Shown: positions 16,760 through 24,000, counted from the stretch's first letter. The stretch: DNA of 24,000 nt from Bdellovibrio sp. (GCA_036677065.1 JAKFBS010000001.1:616137-640136); one strand, 5' to 3'. Numbers and translations: made by a program. The notes: generated from the sequence alone by a model not told the origin.

Positions 16760-17116
16760 ATGGCGAAACTTTATAAAATACAACACGGTGATAAAGCCGA
16801 GCTTCTGATTGAAAATCTAGAGCTGGCCGAATCATTTTTTGCCCGTGGTAAAGGTTTGCTTGGCAGAAAATCTTTAGCGATTAATAACGCGCTTTGGATC
16901 AAACCCTGCAACAACATTCATACCTGCTTTATGAATTTTTCTATTGATTGTATTTTCGTAAATAAAAAAATGGAAATTGAAAAAATCGTTTCAGGTGTAA
17001 AGCCCTATAAGATTGTTGGTCCATATTGGAAATCGGCTTCAGTTTTTGAAACTGCAGCAGGATGCGCGCAAAAATGGAACCTTCAGGTAGGAGATCAGTT
17101 ATATGTGGTCAGTTAG
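16760..17116 (+). CDS. DUF192-family protein
   Basis: 118 aa. The pattern ARGKGLLGRKSL...LWIKPCNNIHTCFMNFSIDCIFVNKKMEI...VFETAAG...QVGDQL matches my recollection of the DUF192/COG1430 consensus. Begins 12 nt after the previous stop. Confidence 0.6.
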   Translation: MAKLYKIQHGDKAELLIENLELAESFFARGKGLLGRKSLAINNALWIKPCNNIHTCFMNFSIDCIFVNKKMEIEKIVSGVKPYKIVGPYWKSASVFETAAGCAQKWNLQVGDQLYVVS

Positions 17117-18770
17117 AGTATTGTCCGGTCCACAAACCGGACAGATCTTTGATTTAAAAATGGGTAAAAACCTGCTAGGTCGGGGAATGAACTGTGATTT
17201 TAAAATCACCTCGGGTGGTATTTCTAAAGACCACTGCGAAATTCACGTTTATAAAGATAAAGTGATCGTGGTTGATTTAAAATCAAGTAACGGAACCTTC
17301 GTAAATGGTGTAAAAATTCAAAATTCGATTATTAAACTGGGTGATAAAGTCAGCGTGTTCGATGTGATTATGGATGTGATTCCGTCTCCGGATATTCGTC
17401 CAAAACCAACAGCAGCACCTCGTCCGGTCGCATTGCGTCCGCGACCAGCACCGCAACCACAACGCCAAATGCCTCCACAAATGTACAACCAGCAACCTCC
17501 GGCATATCCAATGCAAGGCGGAGCTGCGATGCAAGCGCAAATGTATCAACAACCACTGAATGGAGTTCCGCCACAACAAAATAATTTTGGTGCGGCTATA
17601 GAAATGCCAAAAACTTTTGGCGAGCGCATTGATGAGTACATGGAAAATGTAGTGATGCCGGTATTTTATAAAATGTCGGTGGTGTTTCCATTTAAACAAG
17701 TTTTATTAGGAATGATGATTCTATTTGTCGTGTTCGTGACGATAGCTTCGATGTTTCCGTTAACGACAATTTTACGCGAATCTAATTTTAATGAAGCCGC
17801 AAAACGAGCAAAAAGTGTGGCGCGTGCGATGGCACGTATTAATGAACAGGCTTTATTATCCGGACAAATTAATAACCTAAATGTGAGCGAAGCATTAAAA
17901 GAAGATGGCATTAAAGAAGCTATCATTATTATGCAATCAGATGGTTCGGTGGTTGCTCCGACTGAAAAAGTCGGTCGTGATATGTCGAAATCTTTTGTGA
18001 TTCAAGCACGTAAAGAACCGCGTGCTCATGCTGCCCCTGTTGATGACAATACCATTGGTGCAAGTCATCCGATTGCAGCTTATGATCCATTATCAGGTGA
18101 AACTACTGTTAAATATGTAGCGATTGTCTTTTATGATATCAGCTCATTAAATGTGGACGATGGCCGTGTGATCAGTTTATTTATGCAAACGCTAGTGATC
18201 TCGGCGTTATTTGGCATTGGATTATATTTATTGTTCTCGCGTTTAATCGAATTTCCAATTCGTCAGTTGAACAAACAAATTGATACGGCCTTACGTGAAA
18301 AGTCAGATCGCACAGAAGTGGCTTTTGATTACCCTGAATTACAAAAAGCTGTGGCCAACGTAAACCTGCTTTTAAATCGTATGTGGAATGGTTTGAGTGA
18401 TTCTGAAACTATTAAACCAAGTCAAAATCGCGATGTCGAATTTTCACAAATGGTGAATATGTTAACTCAGCCTGCAGCAGTCATTTCTGCAAATGGGTCA
18501 ATTACTTCGTGTAATCATCAATTTGCAACTTTGGTGCAAACTGTACCTGAAGCTTTAATAGCGCAAAGTTATATGACAATTACCGATCAAGCGATGGTAC
18601 AGAATTTAGAAAGTTTAATGAGCCGAGCGCGCGAATTAGTTTATGAAACGCATCGAGATAAAATTCCGTTTTCTCAGTTTGAGTGTGAAATATTCTTGCA
18701 GGCGTTTTTAGACAGTGCCGGCGCACCAGAATACTTTTTTGTAAGTTTAACCAAGGTGAATGAGGAGTAA
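17103..18770 (+). CDS. FHA-domain membrane protein: FHA, P/Q-rich linker, TM, periplasmic PDC/Cache-like region, TM, HAMP-like, PAS-like
   Basis: FHA hallmarks LGRG...ISKDHCEI...VVDLKSSNGTFVNG...LGDKV (aa about 24-88). Low-complexity P/Q aa 95-165. TM aa about 198-222 and 356-379. HAMP-like IEFPIRQLNKQI...DYPELQKAVANVNLLLNRM. PAS-like FSQMVNMLTQPAAVISANGSITSCNHQFATLV. Overlaps the previous gene by 14 nt. Confidence 0.8.
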   Translation: MWSVRVLSGPQTGQIFDLKMGKNLLGRGMNCDFKITSGGISKDHCEIHVYKDKVIVVDLKSSNGTFVNGVKIQNSIIKLGDKVSVFDVIMDVIPSPDIRPKPTAAPRPVALRPRPAPQPQRQMPPQMYNQQPPAYPMQGGAAMQAQMYQQPLNGVPPQQNNFGAAIEMPKTFGERIDEYMENVVMPVFYKMSVVFPFKQVLLGMMILFVVFVTIASMFPLTTILRESNFNEAAKRAKSVARAMARINEQALLSGQINNLNVSEALKEDGIKEAIIIMQSDGSVVAPTEKVGRDMSKSFVIQARKEPRAHAAPVDDNTIGASHPIAAYDPLSGETTVKYVAIVFYDISSLNVDDGRVISLFMQTLVISALFGIGLYLLFSRLIEFPIRQLNKQIDTALREKSDRTEVAFDYPELQKAVANVNLLLNRMWNGLSDSETIKPSQNRDVEFSQMVNMLTQPAAVISANGSITSCNHQFATLVQTVPEALIAQSYMTITDQAMVQNLESLMSRARELVYETHRDKIPFSQFECEIFLQAFLDSAGAPEYFFVSLTKVNEE

Positions 18771-18778
18771 AGCACTAG

Positions 18779-20002
18779 ATGTCGACGGCTGAAAAGCTTA
18801 ACCCCGCAGTTCAAATTAAATTGAAAGTGCTGAAAGGACCGCATGAAGGGCAGTCTTTTCACCTTGCAAAGAGCTCGTTTACTTTAGGACGTGGTCCTGA
18901 GAACGAGGTCGTTTTAATTAATGATCCGCAGATCAGTCGTCAGCATGCGCGTTTACAAGTGGTTGGCCAAGATATCGAAATTATCAATTTAAGTAAAAAA
19001 AATAAAGTGATGGTGGGATCAGAAGAAATCCAAAAATGGAAACTGATCAACGATTCTACTTTTGTTATCGGTGATACAGAACTTCAAATTGCTTTTGAAA
19101 TTGAAAAAATCACCCCCGTAGCGCCGCTACCGCAATTAGTGCCTATGAGCAATTTGCCAGCGTTGCCAACACCGCCAGTAGACGGTGGAGCGCCAGCTCC
19201 GATTCCTGCGCCGCAAGCAAAAGCACCAAAAATAAAACAACAACCGGCTCAGCGAAAGCCAATGTCTGCGCCCGCAATGCGCCAACAAGCGCCGGCGCAA
19301 AGACAACAGCAAATGCAAGCACGTGGTGCGATGGCTCCGGGACGACCGATGCAACCACAAATGCAAAGACCAATGCAGCCGCAACAACAAAATGCGCAGG
19401 CAAATTTAGGTTATGCAAAACCACAGCAAGCAAGTGCGGGATTTTTTGCAAATCCAAAAGTTCGATTTTATTTAATCGTAGGCATAGCGGTCTTTAGTCT
19501 AGTTTATTGGCTGAATATGGAAGAGCCCAAAAAAGCTCAATCTACAGAGATTAAGTCGACTTTAAAATATGAAGATGAATATCTTCTTAAACAAAATTCG
19601 GTCACTGAAAAAGAGCTAGACCTGAAACGTAAAAACCAATTGGAGCAAAAGAACTCGCCGACCAATTTACGTATCCAAGAGAACTTTCAAAAAGGAATGC
19701 GTGATTTTCAGTTAGGCAATTACACTCGCTCCCTAGACTTTTTTCAGGTTGTTCTGAACTTAGATTCAAGCCATGTCATGGCCCGTAGGCATTTATATTT
19801 AGCAAAAATCCGCTTCGATGAAATCGTAAAAGCGAAATTAGCACTTGGAGAAAGTTATTATCAGAAGCATAATTTTAAAATGTGCCTGGCTAATTACCAG
19901 CAAGTTTTGACTATGCTTCAGGGTAAAAACAACGACCAAAGTTACCAAACAGCCCAAAGCATGTCAGAAAAGTGTCAACTGGCAGCTGAGGGAATTCGTT
20001 AA
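18779..20002 (+). CDS. FHA-domain membrane protein: FHA, P/Q-rich linker, TM, TPR-like periplasmic domain
   Basis: LGRGPENEVVLINDPQISRQHARL...IINLSKKNKVMVG...IGDTEL (FHA with a non-canonical S-x-N-G region). P/Q-rich aa about 112-220. TM FYLIVGIAVFSLVYWLNM. TPR-like pairs (FQKGMRDFQLGNYTRSLDFFQVVLNLD; LGESYYQKHNFKMCLANYQQVL). Begins 8 nt after the previous stop, with a gaggag RBS. Confidence 0.8.
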   Translation: MSTAEKLNPAVQIKLKVLKGPHEGQSFHLAKSSFTLGRGPENEVVLINDPQISRQHARLQVVGQDIEIINLSKKNKVMVGSEEIQKWKLINDSTFVIGDTELQIAFEIEKITPVAPLPQLVPMSNLPALPTPPVDGGAPAPIPAPQAKAPKIKQQPAQRKPMSAPAMRQQAPAQRQQQMQARGAMAPGRPMQPQMQRPMQPQQQNAQANLGYAKPQQASAGFFANPKVRFYLIVGIAVFSLVYWLNMEEPKKAQSTEIKSTLKYEDEYLLKQNSVTEKELDLKRKNQLEQKNSPTNLRIQENFQKGMRDFQLGNYTRSLDFFQVVLNLDSSHVMARRHLYLAKIRFDEIVKAKLALGESYYQKHNFKMCLANYQQVLTMLQGKNNDQSYQTAQSMSEKCQLAAEGIR

Positions 20003-20004
20003 AT

Positions 20005-22086
20005 ATGTCGAGACTGAAAGTTATATTAAGGGGAGCACAGATCAGTGACTTAAACCTTAGCCCCGATCGTGAATACGTCGGTGGCCGTAAGGAAAGTTGT
20101 GATATCCGTTTGCAACCTGAAAAAGGAATCTCGCGCGAACATTTCAAATTAAAATTTGAAGAAGGCCGTTGGGTATTAACTTCGCTCTCGCGATTTGGCG
20201 AAATCTTTTCTTTAGGGCAAAGAGTTGAATCAACTCCGCTTGAGCATGGCCAGGTTTTTCAGATTCCCCCGTATGAATTCACTTTAAGCGATATACCGGA
20301 TTCACAGAGTGATAGCGTCAATGCGAACGAAATGCCAGAGGCTGGCGAAAACGAACGTACGGTTATTGGCGTAGCCCAGCAGGTTCCGTATATCAAAATG
20401 ATGTCTTCAGATGGCGCTGTTCGAGAAATGCTTCGTTTAGAAGTAGGCGATGTCTGGGCTGCTGGCCGCGATCCATCATGCCAAATTATTATTCCTGATC
20501 AACGCGTAAGTCGTCGTCAATTTGAAGTTAGAAAAATTAATGGTATTTACACGATCATCGATTTAACCAGTGTGAACGGAACCTTCTTAAATGGTTCACC
20601 CATTTCAAGCACTGATCCCCAGCCATTAAAATCCGGTGATGCGATCACAGTTCTTGATAACACAATGTACTTCGAACTTCATGATCCAAACTTTCAATAC
20701 CGTATGGAACGCATTGAAGTTCCACCATTGCAAATGGCCGGTGCTGCAGGCCTGGACGATCTTGAAGAAATTGGTCTTGATGAAATTCCACTAGAAGAAG
20801 AACAATACGATCCGAATCAGGATATGAATTACCCGCAAGAAATTGATCAAGGTTATTACCAAGATCAGTTAAATCCGGATGGCAGCCCCTTTACGGGAAT
20901 GCCGCAGGAACAAATGCAGGGTGATTACTACAACATGCAACAGGGTGAACAAGCTTCTGAGCAACAAGGCCCACCGCCAACACCAATTGTTCAGGCCTGG
21001 AACAGATTTAAAAATAACAAACCCGTTTTCTTTTCAGTGATCGCTTTATTTTTGGTCGGCATGTATTTTTTAAGTGATATGATGAATGCGCCAGCGCCGC
21101 AAAAGAGCGGTCAGCAACAGGCTTTTAATCCGGATGATCCATTGTCACGCTTAAAACCAGAAGAGCGTGAAAATGTTAATCTGTGGTATAACAATGCTGA
21201 AAAAGCCCTTCGTCAGCAGGCGTTCACTATTGCTAAAGAAAACTTAGATAATATTCATAAGCTAATGCCATTGGGATATAAAGATTCAAAACTTTATGAA
21301 GCTGAAGCTTTAAATGGTGAACAAACTTTATTAACTCAGCAAGAAACAGAACGTCGCGAAAAAGAACAGGCTGAATTACAGGCCCTGATCAAGGCCACAT
21401 TAGAAAAATGTGAAAAGGCCATTGTGCCTGAAACCACTCCGGAAGGTTTGCAAGATTGCTTAGCGCCGGTGACAATCAATGATCCGACAAATGCAGACGC
21501 CGAAAGAATGTTAATGCAGGTTAGAAAAACAATTTCTGACCGCTTAGCTAAAGAAGAAGCAGAACGTGTGGCAAAAAATCAGCGCGAAGAATTGAAAGAA
21601 ATTTTTGAACGCGCAGAAAAAGTTCATGAAACTGGTTTTCCGAAAAAAGCCATTAAAGCTTACCGCGAAGTTATTGATAGTGATCTTCCGGATCCAGATG
21701 GATTAAAAGACACGGCGGCACTGCGAATTAAATTTATACAAAAAAAGTTAGAAGAACGTAATGCTAATAATATTTCAAGTGCTGAGCTTTATTTAAAAGA
21801 CGGTAAATTTAAAGAAGGCATCATGGCTTTGCGAGCGGCTTTGCAATTTGATCCCGATAATCAAACGATCAAAGATAAAATCGAACGTTACTCAAATGAT
21901 TTACGCAATCAGGTGAAGGTGATGTACCAAGAGTCAATCATCGATGAAAATTTTGGTTATGTAGATGGCTCTGATACCCGCCCGGGTGCAAAAGATAAAT
22001 GGAAAAAAATTATCGATATAGATTTAGAAGACGGCGATTATTACCGTAAGGCCTTCATTAAGTTAAAACGCTATGGAGTATTATAA
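20005..22086 (+). CDS. Tandem-FHA membrane protein: divergent FHA1, canonical FHA2, acidic/Q-rich linker, TM, long coiled-coil/TPR-like periplasmic domain
   Basis: FHA1 is VGGRKESCDIRL...ISREHFKL...LTSLSRFGEIFSLG, in which the NG position is lost. FHA2 is AAGRDPSCQIII...VSRRQFEV...IIDLTSVNGTFLNG...SGDAI. TM VFFSVIALFLVGMYFLSDMM (aa about 340-359). Begins 2 nt after the previous stop. Confidence 0.8.
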   Translation: MSRLKVILRGAQISDLNLSPDREYVGGRKESCDIRLQPEKGISREHFKLKFEEGRWVLTSLSRFGEIFSLGQRVESTPLEHGQVFQIPPYEFTLSDIPDSQSDSVNANEMPEAGENERTVIGVAQQVPYIKMMSSDGAVREMLRLEVGDVWAAGRDPSCQIIIPDQRVSRRQFEVRKINGIYTIIDLTSVNGTFLNGSPISSTDPQPLKSGDAITVLDNTMYFELHDPNFQYRMERIEVPPLQMAGAAGLDDLEEIGLDEIPLEEEQYDPNQDMNYPQEIDQGYYQDQLNPDGSPFTGMPQEQMQGDYYNMQQGEQASEQQGPPPTPIVQAWNRFKNNKPVFFSVIALFLVGMYFLSDMMNAPAPQKSGQQQAFNPDDPLSRLKPEERENVNLWYNNAEKALRQQAFTIAKENLDNIHKLMPLGYKDSKLYEAEALNGEQTLLTQQETERREKEQAELQALIKATLEKCEKAIVPETTPEGLQDCLAPVTINDPTNADAERMLMQVRKTISDRLAKEEAERVAKNQREELKEIFERAEKVHETGFPKKAIKAYREVIDSDLPDPDGLKDTAALRIKFIQKKLEERNANNISSAELYLKDGKFKEGIMALRAALQFDPDNQTIKDKIERYSNDLRNQVKVMYQESIIDENFGYVDGSDTRPGAKDKWKKIIDIDLEDGDYYRKAFIKLKRYGVL

Positions 22087-22088
22087 TC

Positions 22089-22667
22089 GTGAAATCAAAA
22101 ATTAATTCGCATAACGGCGATCAAAAGTTTCCCCAAACCAAATTACACAGTTTGTTAAATGATAATTTACTGATTTGCATTCGTTTGTGGAGTGGCCCAG
22201 AGGCCGAACAAAAAGCCGTTGATGAAATTTCAAGATATCTTTCTGCGGCTGATGCAGACTTAGAAGTGACAACGCCCTTTGATTATATTGAAAGCTTATC
22301 TTCATTATCAAATAAAGTGCGTGTAGCTTTGTTGTTGGCCAACGAAGCCATTTATTTAGATAATAAAGAAAGATATACCCAAGGCTATGAAATCGCGATT
22401 TGTTACAAGCATAACAAAGAAATCAGTATCGGATCGGTGGGCCGTTTTGCATTTACTGCAGAAAAAAAAGATAAAAACTTTACCATATTTGAATCAGGTG
22501 CATTTTTAGATGATTTAGTGTTATTACCCACAGATTTATTGGGCATCGAACGCGAAGTAGATATTAAATGCACTTCGGTTTCTACGCGTGATTTAGAGGC
22601 TATCCAAATTAGCTCAACGTTTGACGAAAACACTTATTGGCAAGCGCATCTTAATCAATTCGATTAG
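22089..22667 (+). CDS. Hypothetical protein, possibly a degenerate PP2C/SpoIIE-like fold lacking metal-binding Asp residues
   Basis: GTG start 2 nt after the previous stop. LICIRLWSGPEAEQKAVDEISRYL, LLLANEAIY and YEIAICYKHNKEISIGSVGRFAFTAEKK line up in order with the PP2C motifs (xVxDGxGGxxxGxxAS, lxxAnxxl, GtTlvxxxxxxxxlxxxxvGDSRxy). The Asp positions are substituted. Eye-level pattern match only. Confidence 0.55.
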   Translation: MKSKINSHNGDQKFPQTKLHSLLNDNLLICIRLWSGPEAEQKAVDEISRYLSAADADLEVTTPFDYIESLSSLSNKVRVALLLANEAIYLDNKERYTQGYEIAICYKHNKEISIGSVGRFAFTAEKKDKNFTIFESGAFLDDLVLLPTDLLGIEREVDIKCTSVSTRDLEAIQISSTFDENTYWQAHLNQFD

Positions 22668-22680
22668 CGTTAACTTAATA

Positions 22681-24000
22681 TTACAAAACAAAAATTGGAT
22701 CGACAAAAATCAATGGATGATACCAAACTTTATTAGGCTGGTATAAACCCCACATGTTTTCTAAAGCCAGATTCCAAATCGCGATTTTAATTTCTTCAAA
22801 ATATTTTTTACGACTTAACTCATAAGTTAGTTTTGCTTTTTCAGGGCTTAAATCAAATAGACTTGCGTGTTTAAACTTTAAATAGTCGACGAATAAACTA
22901 TCATGACAAGATTTTAGCTGTGAAAGGCTTGTTGGTGGTTTGCTGATCAGATTTAAACACCCCGAATAGGCCATATCTAGTTTTGTCAGATCTAATTTGT
23001 CGATCTGTTTATTTTTAAGCTGCTGATTTAACCAGTACAGATAAAGTGGATGGTTTTCAGAAATTTTTAACGAGAAAAATTCAGCAGCAGGTAAAGTGTT
23101 TTTTAAATAATCCCGGGCGATCGTAGAGCCATTGTCTTCAATGGGAGTAATGCTCGTCATAAATAAACGACGGATGCTTGGAATATCCTGCTCGGTATTT
23201 TTTTTGTTGTTAAGGTTAACGACTTCAAAACGGTCGGTCGCTAAATTAAAAATTTCGGTTTCTTCTTTGCGATCTATAACCAGCAATGTCGGACTAATAA
23301 TCGCAAAGTTTAATTGTAAGGGTGATTTGATCCATGTATTAGAGGCTTCAACCAACAGCTGGCGAGTGCCGGCGATGCTGTCAGAGGCCTCACTGTAAAA
23401 TTGACTGAGGTTTAACACTGGAAATCCATCAAGCGTTGAAGGTTCGTCAGACTCGAAGAAATGCTTAAGTGTATAACCTATGTCGGCCAGACTTATGGGG
23501 ATGTCATTCTTCCACGAAATACCTTCATCGCCTTGCATGCGTGGAGGTTTGATTAAAAGTGACACAAGCGTATTTTCAGAATGTAAATTTAAAAAAGCAG
23601 TTTCATTTAGGCGGTTATAATTATTGCTGCCGCGCAAACCTACAACGTAAACGTAAGTTTTATCCCAAATGCCGCGATCTTTTAGTTCAGTGATAAAGTT
23701 AAAGAGTTTTTCGTCTAATCTTTCAAGGTTAGTTGATGTCGTATCAAGTTCATTTAAAGCCTCGATTTCAGAATTGGTAATAACCGCAAAAAATGGGGTT
23801 GAGTCTTCTTTTTGCCAATCTAAAAAGCTTTCTGAAGTGGTTTTGAAATCTTTAATAATTTGGTTTGAATATTGAGCGGCTGCTGAATCGTCGAAGGTAT
23901 CAAAGTATTTCGATAAGCCAGTCTTTTTAAGTACATGCGGGTTGCCAGCGAAAAACCCAGTGCGATAACTTTTGTGATACGCAGCCTCTTGTGCGGTTTT
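22681..24000 (-). CDS. Sulfatase/alkaline-phosphatase-superfamily (LtaS/MdoB-like) protein with C-terminal extension, 5' end outside window
   Basis: The minus-strand frame stays open from 24000 through the track start (TTG 23637), reading KTAQEAAYHKSYRTGFFAGN...VYVVGLRGSNN. The order of YRTGFF, TPFFAVI, LERLDEKLFNFITELKDRGIWDKTYVYVVGLRG, LVSLLIKPP and SLADIGYTLKHFF follows sulfatase-family blocks (GYxT, kPFF, yxDxxlgxxxxxLkxxGxxdnTxxxxxgDHG, vPlii, DiaPTll). Confidence 0.6.
   Translation of the reverse strand, partial: KTAQEAAYHKSYRTGFFAGNPHVLKKTGLSKYFDTFDDSAAAQYSNQIIKDFKTTSESFLDWQKEDSTPFFAVITNSEIEALNELDTTSTNLERLDEKLFNFITELKDRGIWDKTYVYVVGLRGSNNYNRLNETAFLNLHSENTLVSLLIKPPRMQGDEGISWKNDIPISLADIGYTLKHFFESDEPSTLDGFPVLNLSQFYSEASDSIAGTRQLLVEASNTWIKSPLQLNFAIISPTLLVIDRKEETEIFNLATDRFEVVNLNNKKNTEQDIPSIRRLFMTSITPIEDNGSTIARDYLKNTLPAAEFFSLKISENHPLYLYWLNQQLKNKQIDKLDLTKLDMAYSGCLNLISKPPTSLSQLKSCHDSLFVDYLKFKHASLFDLSPEKAKLTYELSRKKYFEEIKIAIWNLALENMWGLYQPNKVWYHPLIFVDPIFVL

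Noticed and set aside
17283-17699. Antisense ORFs of 138 aa and 68 aa (17283-17699 and 17368-17574), plus 17666-17926.
   Set aside because: They lie opposite the P/Q-rich linker and TM region of a well-supported FHA gene. Their Arg/His/Trp/Leu-rich translations are typical of the reverse strand of CCN/CAR-biased sequence.
19136-19457. Antisense ORFs of 84 aa and 104 aa opposite the second FHA gene.
   Set aside because: This is the same compositional artefact of the Pro/Gln/Ala-rich linker. They have no RBS and low-complexity translations.
1-24000. Searched by eye for CRISPR arrays, tRNA/rRNA genes, IS elements, integrases and prophage or defence-island hallmarks.
   Set aside because: I saw no regularly spaced direct repeats, no cloverleaf-compatible intergenic segments, and no transposase, integrase or recombinase-like ORFs. 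The only large repeat is the 756-bp tandem gene duplication.

Overview
AT-rich bacterial chromosomal window with about 24 protein-coding genes. I found no rRNA, tRNA, CRISPR array, transposase or integrase. The cell type is diderm: a beta-barrel-like outer-membrane protein, a lipobox lipoprotein and Sec signal peptides are present. A DivIVA homologue, many exported orphan proteins and a Tad-type platform gene together fit a Bdellovibrionota/Myxococcota-like lineage. This placement is inference and cannot be proven from the sequence alone.

Layout:
- 1-690: 3' end of a 2OG/Fe(II) oxygenase gene.
- 785-6073: five co-directional genes for exported or membrane-anchored orphan proteins. The first two are a tandem duplicate pair carrying a CX5R P-loop-like motif.
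- 6104-10414, minus strand: MFS transporter, rhodanese and valS.
- 10443-11645: outer-membrane-like protein with a disordered poly-Lys tail.
- 11646-12302: gene-poor region with small ORFs.
- 12303-12905: lipoprotein.
- 13097-15811, minus strand: a cell-division-type cluster of a Maf-YggS fusion, proC and divIVA.
- 15842-22667: six tightly packed or overlapping plus-strand genes. They encode a TadB/TadC-like platform protein, a DUF192 protein, three membrane-spanning FHA-domain proteins (one with HAMP and PAS-like parts, one with two FHA domains) and a PP2C-like protein that appears to lack catalytic residues.
- 22681-24000, minus strand: a sulfatase-fold protein, truncated at its 5' end by the window edge, that appears catalytically degenerate.

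The best candidate for an undescribed system is the 15842-22667 operon. I read it as a phospho-threonine-reader (FHA) module attached to a Tad/type-IV-filament platform protein. All functional calls rest on motif recognition by eye; no database search was run.
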